Assembly: GCA_963845145.1 (NCBI GenBank) | Contig: CAWJQU010000005.1 | Span: 288,001 to 352,000 of the forward strand | Origin: an uncultured delta proteobacterium | GTDB lineage: Bacteria; Desulfobacterota; Desulfobacteria; Desulfobacterales; QNYZ01 | Reading direction: 5' to 3' | Length of the DNA: 64,000 bases | Shown here: positions 50,759-61,222 of the stretch, piece by piece | Numbering within the stretch: the first letter of the stretch is position 1 | How the letters are laid out: every line of letters starts with the position of its first letter | Notes under the pieces: model-generated | Database searches by the model: none | What the model saw: only the letters and a program-made list of their open reading frames with translations | What the model was told of the DNA's origin: nothing | Made by a program: the position numbers and the translations under genes

Positions 50759-51859
50759 TCAATCTTCGTGATACCGGTAATAGGCCGCGCAGGTCCCTTC
50801 GGTGGAGACCATGCACGGGCCCACCGGATGCAAGGGGGTGCAGGTTGTTTTATACAATGGGCATGTCGGTGGTTCTTTAACACCCGTGAGTATCTCTCCG
50901 CAGGCACATCCCGGCGGCTCGGCGATTTCGGTCACTATCAGGTTCAATCGTTTAACGGCATCCATATCGGCAAAAGCCTTGCGAAGTTTTAAACCGCTTT
51001 TGGGAATCATACCGAGCCCCCGCCAATGCGCGTCGGCTGGTTCGAACACCTCGGCCATCACTTTCCGGGCTTTTGGGTTTCCCGCCAGGGTTACCGCCCG
51101 GGGGTAAGCGTTGACCAAGGCCGGCGATCCCGATTCGATCTGGCCGACCAGCAGATAAATGGCCTGAAGAATATCCGCCGGCTCAAACCCCCCCACCGCA
51201 CAAGGCAGCCGGTAAGTGTCGAAAAAAGGCGTGTAGGCGTCAAGCCCGGTAATAACGGACACATGTCCGGGCAGAATGAAACCGTCGATATTGGTATTAT
51301 CCATTTCCATCAATGCCGTCAGTGCCGGCGGCACGGTTTTATGGGCGGAATAAAAACAAAAATTGGACAGATTCATTTTCCGGGCACTTAATATCGAGGC
51401 GGCTGTGGTGGGTGTGGTCGTTTCGAATCCCACCCCTAAAAATACTACCAGTTTGCGCGGATTTTTCTGTGCAATGGCAAGCGCATCCAGCACCGAATAA
51501 ACAACCCGAATGGCTCGCCCTTCGGCCCGTTCTTTTTCAAGCGACGATGTGGCCCCCGGTACCCGCATCAGGTCACCGAAGGTCGTGACGATCACTTCTT
51601 CATTCCGGGCCAACTCGACAAAGGCATCAATATCGCCTTGAGCCGTCACACACACCGGGCAACCCGGACCGGATATCAGGGAGATCGTATCGGGCAACAG
51701 ATCCCGAATCCCATGCCGGAAAATCGAAACCGTGTGCGTTCCGCAAACTTCCATCAGGCGCACGGGCCGACGGCTTATGCGATGAATGTCGCGGCTTAGC
51801 TTTCCGTTCAGCTTGGGGTCGCGATAGACATCGGCATACTCGGAGGTAATCTTACTCAT
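50759..51859 (-). CDS. hypD: Hydrogenase maturation factor HypD
   Basis: MEVCGTH, GPGCPVC, GFETT, PGHVS and GPCMVSTEGTCAA motifs. Confidence 0.96.
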   Translation of the reverse strand: MSKITSEYADVYRDPKLNGKLSRDIHRISRRPVRLMEVCGTHTVSIFRHGIRDLLPDTISLISGPGCPVCVTAQGDIDAFVELARNEEVIVTTFGDLMRVPGATSSLEKERAEGRAIRVVYSVLDALAIAQKNPRKLVVFLGVGFETTTPTTAASILSARKMNLSNFCFYSAHKTVPPALTALMEMDNTNIDGFILPGHVSVITGLDAYTPFFDTYRLPCAVGGFEPADILQAIYLLVGQIESGSPALVNAYPRAVTLAGNPKARKVMAEVFEPADAHWRGLGMIPKSGLKLRKAFADMDAVKRLNLIVTEIAEPPGCACGEILTGVKEPPTCPLYKTTCTPLHPVGPCMVSTEGTCAAYYRYHED

Positions 51860-54208
51860 ATTGTACTGTTTGGCCTTATCGTTAATCCGGTATCGCATTC
51901 GATGGATGCGGCCGCGACAATGGCCTGTCCCAGGCTGATGCCGCCGTCGTTTGCCGGAAGAGAAATGGGAGTGTACACGGTCAGGCCTTTGGCGTAAAGA
52001 GCTTCGGTCATTCCTTTTAAGAGGCGCATGTTCTGAAAGACGCCACCGCTTAAAACAACCGCTTTAATCCCCCTGGTGCGGCTGATCCGCACGGCTAATT
52101 CGCTGAACAAATGCACTAAGGTGACGTGAAACCGCCCGGCGATGGTGGCCATAGATACGCCTGCTGTCAGGCTGGAGACAATGTCACGGATCATCGGTTC
52201 GAAGCGAATCAGAAACCGATCGCCGGATTCGTCCCAAGTATAAGCATACGGCGTTTCTGATTCGTTGGCCAGCTGCTCCAACGCCATAGCCGCTTGTCCT
52301 TCGTAGGTGACACGCCGGCGAATACCTGTCAGGGCGGCCACGCCATCGAACAACCGGCCAAGACTCGACGTTTGCGGCGAATTGATCCCTCGGGTGATCA
52401 TTTGAATCACGGTTTGGATTTTTTTCGCATCGACCTGTTGAAGAAACGGGATGTCAAGCGCCCCAAGCGTATCGCCGAAAGCGGCATATAGATAGCTGAC
52501 GGCCATGCGCCAGGGCTCTTTGATGGCAGCGGCACTGCCGGGCATGGACACATAGGCCGGATGGGCCACGCGCTCAAACGCGCCGGGGGTCACCACCAGA
52601 ACTTCGCCGCCCCAAATGTGGCCGTCGGTACCGTAACCGGTGCCGTCAAACGCCAATCCCAGCACCGGGCCGGACAGACCATGTTCGGCCATTACGCTGA
52701 CGATGTGGGCATGGTGGTGTTGAACCGCTACGGGGGTCACATCGTTTAGCTGTTTTGCATATTCGGTGCTCAGGTAATCCGGATGGTGGTCAAACGCAAC
52801 GATGGCAGGCTTGATATCTAGATATTCGGGTAAGATGATTGATGGTCTGCCTAAAAAAACCATAAGTTCTGATATTTTCCAGGTCACCGATGTGCTGGCT
52901 GATAAAGGCTCGATCTTTTTTAGTAAGACAAATCGTATTTTTCAACGCCGCCCCCACCGCCAGAATCGATGGAACCTGATGGTGCAAAAAAATGGGTACC
53001 GGAACATACCCCCGGGCCCGACGCAGCGGGCGGCTGATACCGGCCGTTACCCGCACTAGGGAATCGTCACTACGCAATAGGATATCCCGATTATGAATCA
53101 GAAAAAAATCGGCGATGTCCGCCAACCGGTTGAAGGCATCATGCGTTGTCGATGGCGATCGGCTCATCGGTCAGGTTGCCGCTGGTCATAACCAGGACCG
53201 ATCGGATTCCCTTTCAAGAAGCAGATAGTGCAAAGGGGTATAGGGCAGCATGACGCCGAATTCGCGACTGTGAGGGGCAACGCTCGGCGCGATATTATTG
53301 GGCGTCCGTTTATGATAAAAGCACAATGGGCCGCTGATGCGACGATAATTCCGTTGCTTCCGTTTCGGTGAACATGGGCAAACCGACGGATAGTCGCGAG
53401 ATCGGCGGTCATTAGACGCCAACGGTTTCTCTTCGCGCCCCTTTAATTGCCGGAGCCTGGCCACGGCGGTTTCATTGGTAGCGTCCACAGCCAGGTGGAT
53501 AGCCCCCCAACCCCTTTATGGCCACGATATGGCCTTCGGCCAGCAGATCGGCGGTTCTCAGAACCGGATCGCGATCTTCCTACGGCATGCCGTATGGAAT
53601 CAAATAAAGACACATGGGGCCCGCAAACCGGGCAGGCATTGGGCTGGGCATGAAAACGTCGGTCCAGTGGGATCGTCATATTCGGCCTGACAATCGGCAC
53701 ACATGGTGAAATCCCGCATGGATGTATGGGGGCGGTCATAGGGAATATCGTCGATGATGGTATAACGTGGGCCGCAATTGGTACAGTTGATAAACGGATA
53801 TCGATGGCGCCGATCAGCCGGGTCAAATAGCTCTTCGCGGCAATCATTCGCATACTGCTGTGTCCGGTGTAATCAGCGCCGATTTTTCAGCGGTCGCCGT
53901 CACTTTGGGTAATGGTAAACGCTTCGACAATTGTTCCGATGGCCGGTGATAGACAGTTCACTTTAGCGATAGGGCCAGGGGCGGCGGATCATTGGATAAG
54001 ATCATGACTGGAAGGCGTCGACGGCATCCGGCAACCCCTGGGCATGGATAATGACGCCAGCGGAGGTATTCGCCACGTTGCCCGTAAGGTGGTATTTGGT
54101 GGCGAGGGTGAAACACATAGGGGCGAAACCCGACGCCCTGAACGATTCCCTGGATCTCAAATCGGCGGGCAATGATGGGGCGAGGTCATCCGATAACGGG
54201 TTTATCAT
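51856..54208 (-). CDS. hypF: Carbamoyltransferase HypF, fragmented by many indels
   Basis: Collinear fragments: acylphosphatase domain ([18 protein letters not shown]), Zn fingers ([15 protein letters not shown]), [35 protein letters not shown] and [11 protein letters not shown]. Confidence 0.9.
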
Positions 54209-54223
54209 TAAATGTCGCGCTTT

Positions 54224-54457
54224 TTAGATTGCAAGTCGCTCGACCATGGCGGCCGTTTCGCGAAGGATGTCAAGCGACTCCCGTGCGGCGACTTCATCGA
54301 TTTTTTGAATGGCGAATCCGGCGTGAACGATCACCCAATCCCCCACACGGGGATCTTCCAAAAGAAGCAGGCTCGCTTCGCGGCGTACACCGTCTACATC
54401 GATGGTCGCCATGTCATTTTCAATTTTGACAACCCGGGATGGTATCGCCAGACACAT
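54224..54457 (-). CDS. hypC: Hydrogenase chaperone HypC
   Basis: MCLAIP and VIVHAGFAI motifs; RBS AAGGAG upstream. Confidence 0.95.
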   Translation of the reverse strand: MCLAIPSRVVKIENDMATIDVDGVRREASLLLLEDPRVGDWVIVHAGFAIQKIDEVAARESLDILRETAAMVERLAI

Positions 54458-54966
54458 GGGGATATACTCCTTCCTTGTGATGATAAGTGACCCCCAGGAT
54501 GTCAATTCACTGAGGATCATTTGGATGGCTGCACCCATTTGATCCCTCACCAGGGGCGTCATTTCAATACTACAAGTGTCGATATCGTCCGGCTCGATGC
54601 CGATGATTACCGTTTCGGGGACATTTCCCAATGCATGGCACAGCGTCAACGCTTCTAAAAAATCAACCTGGTGCAGGGAGTTCTTCGCCCGGATGCGCTC
54701 GGGGACTTGATCGCCGGTTAACGATAAAGGTCCCCCGGAGCCCCTTTGTTGCGAACCGCATCCACCACGATCAGCCTTTCGGCGCGGGACATGAACCCCA
54801 ACAAATTAACCCCCAGAACCCCGCCATCGATCACCTCGACATTGTCAGGAAAGACATATCGGCGATCGATTTCATGGACAACCTTAACCCCGAACCCCTC
54901 ATCACACAGCAGCACACAACCGATACCCATGATCATGATATGGGGATCATTTGTTTGAGTTTTCAT
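54420..54966 (-). CDS. Hydrogenase maturation endopeptidase (HyaD/HybD family), split by indels
   Basis: MGIGCVLLCDEGFGV, IDGG, IVVDAV, SLHQVDF and IIGIEP motifs across frames. The 3' end is inferred from the frame overlapping the hypC start. Confidence 0.85.
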
Positions 54967-55052
54967 CTGCCGTCAACATTTATTAACATGTCGCCAACCT
55001 CAGGATTATATCCCATAGTATTACAAAATAAAAGTTCATTGGTTTGTAAAGA

Positions 55053-55088
55053 AATCGGCCCATTCGAGCAGAAACCGATGGGCCGATT
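55053..55088 (-). terminator. Stem-loop after the hydrogenase large-subunit gene
   Basis: Perfect 11-bp inverted repeat AATCGGCCCAT / ATGGGCCGATT. Confidence 0.7.
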
Positions 55089-55112
55089 ATTTTCTATTCC
55101 ACCATATGTCAA

Positions 55113-56764
55113 TTATACAGCGCGAACCTTGTACACCTCATTGGAATCCGGGTCGATCACATGGACTCCGCAGGCGATACAGGGATCAAAGGAATGCACC
55201 GTACGTAAAATTTCCAGGGGCTGTTTGGGGTCGGCCACCGGAGTGCCGATCAGGGCTTCTTCCAGATGGGCCCAATTTCCCCTTTTTGTCCCGGGGGCCA
55301 AGGTTCCAGGTGGACGGCACCACATATTGGTATTTCTTGATTTTACCGCCCTCGATTTTAATCCAGTGTCCCAACGAGCCTCTGGGCACATCGTTCAGTC
55401 CCACACCCATGCCTTTTTCGGGCATTTCCCAAGATTGATATGTCGTTGTATCACCGTTTTTAACATTGGCGATCAACTCGTTGATCCAGGTTTCCATCCG
55501 TTGGCCGATTACCAAGGTCTCAATACCGCGGGCGGCTGTACGCCCAAGGGTGGAAAATAGCGCTGCAGCCGGTATACCCAGTTTTTGCAACACCGAATCC
55601 ACCACCGTCTTGACCTCTTTCTTACCGTAACCATAGGCGACCAAAACACGCGCCAAGGGGCCGACTTCACACGGCTCATCGGTATAGCGAGGGGCTTTGA
55701 ACCATGTGTAAGCGCCTTTATCCGGATCGTATTTAGGGTTTTCCTGAATAGGTTTGGTTTCGCCCTCGTAGGGGTGTTTTGCGTCGCCGGATTCATACCA
55801 GGCGCGTGTCACGTTTTCGGTCACCTGTTCCTGGTCGGCCATTTTTATATTGGCCAGATCCCGTTCATCATTACCCCACGGGGCATAAACAGGCTATCCG
55901 GTTCAGCATCGGACTCGGGGAATTCGCCCCAGGCCATAAAATTGGTAGTGCCGCCGATGCCCCCCCAATCCTTGTAAAATGAGGCCACAGCCAGTAGGTC
56001 CGGGAACGTACACATCCTCGAATAAAGGCCTGGGTCTCCTTCCACAGATACATGAATTCGGCAATCCGGTCGGGTCTTAAATCTTTGACGCAGGTCACGC
56101 CGCCAATGGCCAAAGACTGCAGATGCGGATTCTTGGCGCCGAAAATCGCGTGCATGCGGGCTGCACGGGCCTGAAGCTTGAGTGCTTCAATATAGTGGGC
56201 GGCAGCCATCAAATTGGCTTCCGGGGGTAATTTATAAGCGGAATGGCCCCAATAGGCGTTACTGAACGGCCCCAGCTGACCGCTGTCCACAAAGGTTTTC
56301 AGGCGTTGGGCCACTCCCTTGTAATAGGCCGCCCCGCCCACCTGGGCATTGCTGACATTATCGGCCAACGCCGCCGTTTTGGCCGGGTCGGCCTTAAGGG
56401 CGTCGACGATGTCTACCCAATCGAGGGCATGCAGATGATAAAAATGAACAATATGATCGTGCTGGAACTGGGCACCCATCAAGAGATTTCTAAGAATTCG
56501 CGCATTTTCGGGAATTTTTACGCCAACGGCCATTTCGACTGCCCTCGCCGAGGACAGATAGTGGGTATACGTTCAGACGCCGCAAGAGCGCTGAACAAAT
56601 AGCGGTGCATCCCGTGGATCTCTGCCCTCCAAAATCAATTCGATACCACGAAACATTTGGGCCGAGCTCCATGCATTGACAACCTTGCCGCCGGCCACCT
56701 CAACCTCGACGCGCATATGACCTTCAATCCTGGTAATCGGATCAATGGTGATTCGTTCACCCAT
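55113..56764 (-). CDS. hynA: Periplasmic group-1 [NiFe] hydrogenase large subunit with in-frame UGA (Sec or recoded Cys) in the L1 motif; also 3 or more indels (~56020, ~55860, ~55265)
   Basis: [16 protein letters not shown](UGA)[29 protein letters not shown] and L2 [11 protein letters not shown] with a cleavable tail. Confidence 0.9.
56539..56575 (-). promoter_or_regulatory. UGA codon (56575-56573) and putative bacterial SECIS hairpin (56557-56539)
   Basis: UGA-ACGUAUACCCACUAU-CUGUCCUC-GGC-GAGGGCAG: an 8-bp stem with one G-U pair and a G-led apical loop ~24 nt after the UGA. Confidence 0.65.
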
Positions 56765-56815
56765 ATTTACTCCTCTCTTTTTTTTAAATTCGAAGGTATT
56801 CGATTAGAAAGCGAC

Positions 56816-57757
56816 CTAAAGCTCTTCAAAAAACGGCGTCATACCATCCCAAAAACCCGGCTGACTACAGCCGATACAGGGGTGGCCGGCCTCAATGGGC
56901 CAGCTGGTGCCGTCATTAAATTTAGCCACCGGACAGTTGTTGTAGGTTTCCGGTCCCCGACATCCCATTTTATATAAGCAATACCCCATGGCCGCTTCTT
57001 CAGACCCGAATTCTTCGATAAATTCGTCATTTTCGAAGTGAGACCGTCGCGGGCACTGATCATGAATGGTTTTCCCATAGGCAAATAAGGGACGTCCCAA
57101 TTCATCCAAATCGGGCAATTTTCCCAAGAGCAGATAGTTTACCACCGTGCCCACAAAATTTACCGGGTTCGGTGGACACCCCGGAAGATTCAATGTTTTT
57201 ATTCCTAGCGCATCCCCGATGCCCTTAAATCCACCCGGATTTGGCGCCGCGGCCTGAATACCCCCAAAAGACGAGCAGGTGCCCATACAGATTACCGCAG
57301 CAGCTTTAGTACAGACATCCTTGCCGATTTCAAGAAAAGAACGACCTCCAATTTTTCCATATCCGCCATCAAATTTTGTTCCGATAGCCCCTTCCACAAC
57401 ACAAATAAATTTGCCTTCATATTTGCTTACCGCCTGGTGAAGCTGGTCCTCTGCTTGCTGGCCGGCGGCAGCCATGACGGTCTCATGGTATTCCAGAGAC
57501 AGTATTTCAAGTACCAGATCATCGACATAGGGATATTGGGCGCGGAGCAACGCTTCGGAGCAACCGGTGCACTCAGCGAAATGAAGCCAGATTACCGGTG
57601 GTCGTTGGGATGGGGCGGCAATGACCTCGGCCACTTTGGGAACATAAGCGGCCGACAATCCCATAGTGGCGGTCAGCGCCGTGCAGTATTTCATGAAATC
57701 CCTTCGGGAAACGCCCCGCTGAGCCAGTTTTTCGGCAAACGTCTTTTCCGATTTCAT
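56816..57757 (-). CDS. hynB: Periplasmic [NiFe] hydrogenase small subunit (Tat-exported, no C-terminal anchor)
   Basis: Tat motif SRRDFMK; ECTGC, GTCSSFGG, PGCPP, HDQCPRR, CLYKMGC and SWPIEAGHPCIGC motifs (the Pro indicates a medial [3Fe-4S]); RBS AGGAGG. Confidence 0.93.
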   Translation of the reverse strand: MKSEKTFAEKLAQRGVSRRDFMKYCTALTATMGLSAAYVPKVAEVIAAPSQRPPVIWLHFAECTGCSEALLRAQYPYVDDLVLEILSLEYHETVMAAAGQQAEDQLHQAVSKYEGKFICVVEGAIGTKFDGGYGKIGGRSFLEIGKDVCTKAAAVICMGTCSSFGGIQAAAPNPGGFKGIGDALGIKTLNLPGCPPNPVNFVGTVVNYLLLGKLPDLDELGRPLFAYGKTIHDQCPRRSHFENDEFIEEFGSEEAAMGYCLYKMGCRGPETYNNCPVAKFNDGTSWPIEAGHPCIGCSQPGFWDGMTPFFEEL

Positions 57758-58021
57758 TCGCACCTCCTAATTGGGTTCGGATTAATCATCGTTCCTCCTC
57801 ATTAAAGTGATATTGTCTCCAGCAAACACATATCCAATCCGTGGCATTAGATTATCAAGTTTGCTGCAAATTTTTCAAATATCTATCTATTTTTCCCCGC
57901 ACCACATTCGTTGATCTGGCAACTATAAATTGAACGTAATTCAACGAACATCGAATATCATATATACGATCATGACAAAAGAACGAATATTCATGGATAA
58001 AATATGGACAAATAATCCATA

Positions 58022-58963
58022 TTATTTAAACGTATGAAGGAATGTGCTTAGATTAATGGGACGTTTTAATTGGAGCTTGCCGCGAATGTGATTACGGTGA
58101 GTATCGATGGTGCTAGATGCGACGCCTAACAATCCGGCTATTTCTTTGGTCGTTTTTCCCTGCTTGATCAGGTTGGCGACCTGAATCTCCATTGGGGTCA
58201 GGCGATGGAATCTGGTTTTTAAAGACCGGATAAACGGGGATACGAGCGTATGAAGATCGGATTCCAATACATCAATCAACGCTTCCTGGCCCAAAGTTAA
58301 CCCACTTTTCTTAATTTTAGCCAGATGTGGAAATATCAGGGATTCCACATTTTCCAGAACATCTTCGGCCAAATCATTTTTGTTTTTTTCATGTTGCTTT
58401 AACAAGACGCTCAAGGCAAGGTTTGCTTCCTCTAATTTGATGGCCTTTTGCTCGAGTTCATCATGACTTATCGCCAAGGCTTGCCTGGCTTCACGGCAAG
58501 TGGAAACATCCCGAATAAATCCGCGAACACCGATAATGATATCTTTTTCTTGTAGTGGTGTGCAGAGAAACAGCGTCGGAAAGGTGTCGCCATTTTTTCG
58601 AATGGCGGCATAGGTGTGGCAGCTGGTTTCTCTGTCTGAAATAACGCGGGCAAAATGTTCCCGGGCCTGAGGTTGGTCTGCAGTGATTATAAGATCGAAA
58701 ACAGATAGTTGTTGAACGGTTTTTGAACCTGGATAGCCAAGTTGGTGAAGACCGTTTTGGTTTAAATAGGTCAGGTTGGCATCTGTGTCGGATTCAAATA
58801 CTGCTTCGGGAAGCATCTCGGCCAGCTTTCGAAAATTTCTCCCATCGTGCAGTAATTTGGCCTCGGTGCGCTGATGCCGGGCCACCATAACTTCAAGCTC
58901 GTTTACCCGCTGAACAAGGTCTACATAACTTGGATTATCTCCGGCGTCACAGGATTCATCCAT
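58022..58963 (-). CDS. PAS-domain LuxR-family transcriptional regulator (no receiver domain)
   Basis: PAS (LAEMLPEAVFESD...YLNQ...RKNGDTFP...IRDVS), coiled coil, and LuxR HTH LTPMEIQVA..GKTTKEIA..TIDTHRNHIRGKL. Confidence 0.88.
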   Translation of the reverse strand: MDESCDAGDNPSYVDLVQRVNELEVMVARHQRTEAKLLHDGRNFRKLAEMLPEAVFESDTDANLTYLNQNGLHQLGYPGSKTVQQLSVFDLIITADQPQAREHFARVISDRETSCHTYAAIRKNGDTFPTLFLCTPLQEKDIIIGVRGFIRDVSTCREARQALAISHDELEQKAIKLEEANLALSVLLKQHEKNKNDLAEDVLENVESLIFPHLAKIKKSGLTLGQEALIDVLESDLHTLVSPFIRSLKTRFHRLTPMEIQVANLIKQGKTTKEIAGLLGVASSTIDTHRNHIRGKLQLKRPINLSTFLHTFK

Positions 58964-59020
58964 CGGTTTTCCTTTATCGCTCGAAAGAAGCGACCTTATT
59001 TTGAAATATAAGGGCAATCT

Positions 59021-61144
59021 TCAGGCTTTAACATCGTCATCATGGTCGCTTAGAATTGCCGGATAACTTTGTATAAATGTTGCACCTCGATTGAGATTAC
59101 TCTTAACTTCAATTTTCCCGTTATACTCTTTTATAATCCCATAAGTAATCGAAAGGCCCAGGCCCATTCCGTCATTGGTGGGCTTGTTCGTGAAAAACGG
59201 TTCAAAAATTTTCTCTTTTTCACCATCGCGAATTCCTATGCCTGTATCCGAGACCGTCACCACAACCCGTTCTTCTTCACAAAAGGAGTGGATCGTAATT
59301 GTATGCCGGGATACTTGGTGATTGATTTCACGCATCTGTCTGATCGCATCCCTGGCGTTGGTAATCAGGTTGAAAAAGACCTGTTCAAGGCGGTTTGTTT
59401 GGGCCCAAATAAACGGTAAGTCCTTCTCTAAGTTAAGACGAACATCAATATTCTGGAGTTGTAGTTGTCGACCGATTATCCCCAGCACGCCCAATATGGG
59501 TACGTTAATATTGACTTTCTCTTTATCATAGTCCTGTTTTCGTCCGAACTCTCTCAGGCTGTCGATGATTTTAGTAGCCCGATCTACCTGTGCGCTGACT
59601 TCATCGGCCACTTGTTTGAGATGGTGTTTTGGAATTTCACGGTTTTTCTCTACCATCATCTTCAGGTATTCATTTCCCATCTTTATGGCATTCAAAGGTT
59701 GGTTGAGTTCATGGGCCATACCGGCGGACATTTCGCCCAAGGTCGACATTTTACTGGCTTGAATTAGCTGAGCGTCTTTTTCAATCACTTCAGTAATGTC
59801 GGTAACGGCAAGGATAATTGCCTTTCTTTCCTTGTATCCGGTTTTACACGCCGTTATTCTAACGTAAAAGGGCCGGCGGCCTTTTTTGAAATGCCTTACT
59901 TTTTGACTAATAACACATGCCGATGTTTGAAGTTCGTTATCGGGAAGTTGTGAGACCAAATCCTCGTATCCAAAAGAGCCCAGCATGGAAAAAGGTTGTC
60001 CGAGTAAATCGGACTTGGCGTATCCGTAGGTTTCTTCGGCGCTGGGATTGGCGTCCAAAATTTCATTGTTTTTTTGATCGAGCACGAAGATCGGGTTGGG
60101 GCCGCTATCGAATAGAGAACGATATTTTCGCTCCGATTCGGACAAAGCCTTTTCAGCCAGCTTTCGATTGGTAATGTCTAAAAATGCTCCGGTTACGAAT
60201 TCAACCTCGCCATCTTCTCCGAAAATGATCTGACCACCTTCCTGGACCCAGACAACATCGCCGTTTTTCGATTTAAATCGATACTCCCGTATATATGAAT
60301 GGTCTGTTTTCAGGGCGTTGATGAAAACCCGCCGGGCTTCTTCGAGGTCATCTTTGTGTACCAGATCGAACCACGTAATTCGACCCGAAGAAAATTCATC
60401 CCGATTGTAGCCCGTCAGCGTCTCGATTTTGTTGTCGAAAAAGTCAATGGTCCCATTCAGGTCTCCCCGGTAAACGATATTGGGCAGATTTCTGACCAGA
60501 AGACGGTGTTTACGCTCACTTTCCTTCAAGGCTTTTTGGGAACGCTCCTGCTCGGCCACGTTCGTGGCAATACAAAGAAAACCCCCCAAATCACCTTCCG
60601 GGTCGCGCAACGAATTGATCGACATGCTAACCGGAAACCGGCTGCCGTCTTTGCGGATGTAAATCCATTGGATCTGGCTGGACGTTTCCTGATCGGCAAG
60701 GATAAAAAATATGTCAAGTCCATCAACTTTTTGGCCGGTTTCAATACTCAGGTTTTTACATCGAAGGGATAGTTCCGATTCATCGTGGAATATCAGTGGC
60801 GTGTGATTTCCAATCACTTCTTTGGCTGAATATCCGAGTAGATTGACGGCCCCTTTATTGAATACAGTGATGACGCCTTCTTTATTGGCTGCAATAATCG
60901 ATATCTGTGCGGCGGAGTCTAGAACGGCTTTGCGCTGGGCATTGGCGATCTGGAAGCGACGCAAAATCTTTTCAGTTTGTTCAAACTGCTTTACTACGAG
61001 GTTGGCGGTGATTTCAGCCGCTTTGCGAGATTCTCTAATTTCCTTTCTGAGTAGGGTATTTTCCTCGCCCAGGGTCTGATAGATATTTTCATTAATTATC
61101 GCGTCACGATAATGGGTGGAAAAAACCGGTGCACGTTTCTCCAT
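59021..61144 (-). CDS. Cytoplasmic histidine kinase with three PAS domains (HoxJ/HupT-like position)
   Basis: Three PAS repeats, H-box [32 protein letters not shown] and GMGLGL; no TM helix. Confidence 0.9.
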   Translation of the reverse strand: MEKRAPVFSTHYRDAIINENIYQTLGEENTLLRKEIRESRKAAEITANLVVKQFEQTEKILRRFQIANAQRKAVLDSAAQISIIAANKEGVITVFNKGAVNLLGYSAKEVIGNHTPLIFHDESELSLRCKNLSIETGQKVDGLDIFFILADQETSSQIQWIYIRKDGSRFPVSMSINSLRDPEGDLGGFLCIATNVAEQERSQKALKESERKHRLLVRNLPNIVYRGDLNGTIDFFDNKIETLTGYNRDEFSSGRITWFDLVHKDDLEEARRVFINALKTDHSYIREYRFKSKNGDVVWVQEGGQIIFGEDGEVEFVTGAFLDITNRKLAEKALSESERKYRSLFDSGPNPIFVLDQKNNEILDANPSAEETYGYAKSDLLGQPFSMLGSFGYEDLVSQLPDNELQTSACVISQKVRHFKKGRRPFYVRITACKTGYKERKAIILAVTDITEVIEKDAQLIQASKMSTLGEMSAGMAHELNQPLNAIKMGNEYLKMMVEKNREIPKHHLKQVADEVSAQVDRATKIIDSLREFGRKQDYDKEKVNINVPILGVLGIIGRQLQLQNIDVRLNLEKDLPFIWAQTNRLEQVFFNLITNARDAIRQMREINHQVSRHTITIHSFCEEERVVVTVSDTGIGIRDGEKEKIFEPFFTNKPTNDGMGLGLSITYGIIKEYNGKIEVKSNLNRGATFIQSYPAILSDHDDDVKA

Positions 61145-61222
61145 GATAAACTCGCCTTAAACGGATGACCTGTTTTTTGATAAAAAAGTAAACTTGTTTT
61201 TTGTTTAGACCGGAAAAGGCCG

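Noticed and set aside
54224..54649. Apparent fusion of the maturation-protease C-terminus to HypC (141-aa ORF)
   Set aside because: HypC has its own RBS and needs a free N-terminal Cys (MCLAIP). The protease gene is already broken by indels, so the fusion is best explained by another one near 54490.
55150..55200. Canonical [NiFeSe] (HysA-type) hydrogenase
   Set aside because: L2 reads DPCIACGVH with an ordinary Cys codon, and the small subunit has the [3Fe-4S]-type Pro.
54631..55560. 309-aa plus-strand ORF
   Set aside because: It is an antisense shadow of the protease and hynA genes with no recognisable motifs.
57930..57944. FNR/CRP box TTGAA-CGTAA-TTCAA upstream of hynB
   Set aside because: The spacer is 5 nt rather than 4 and the half-sites deviate from TTGAT; it may be chance in an AT-rich region.
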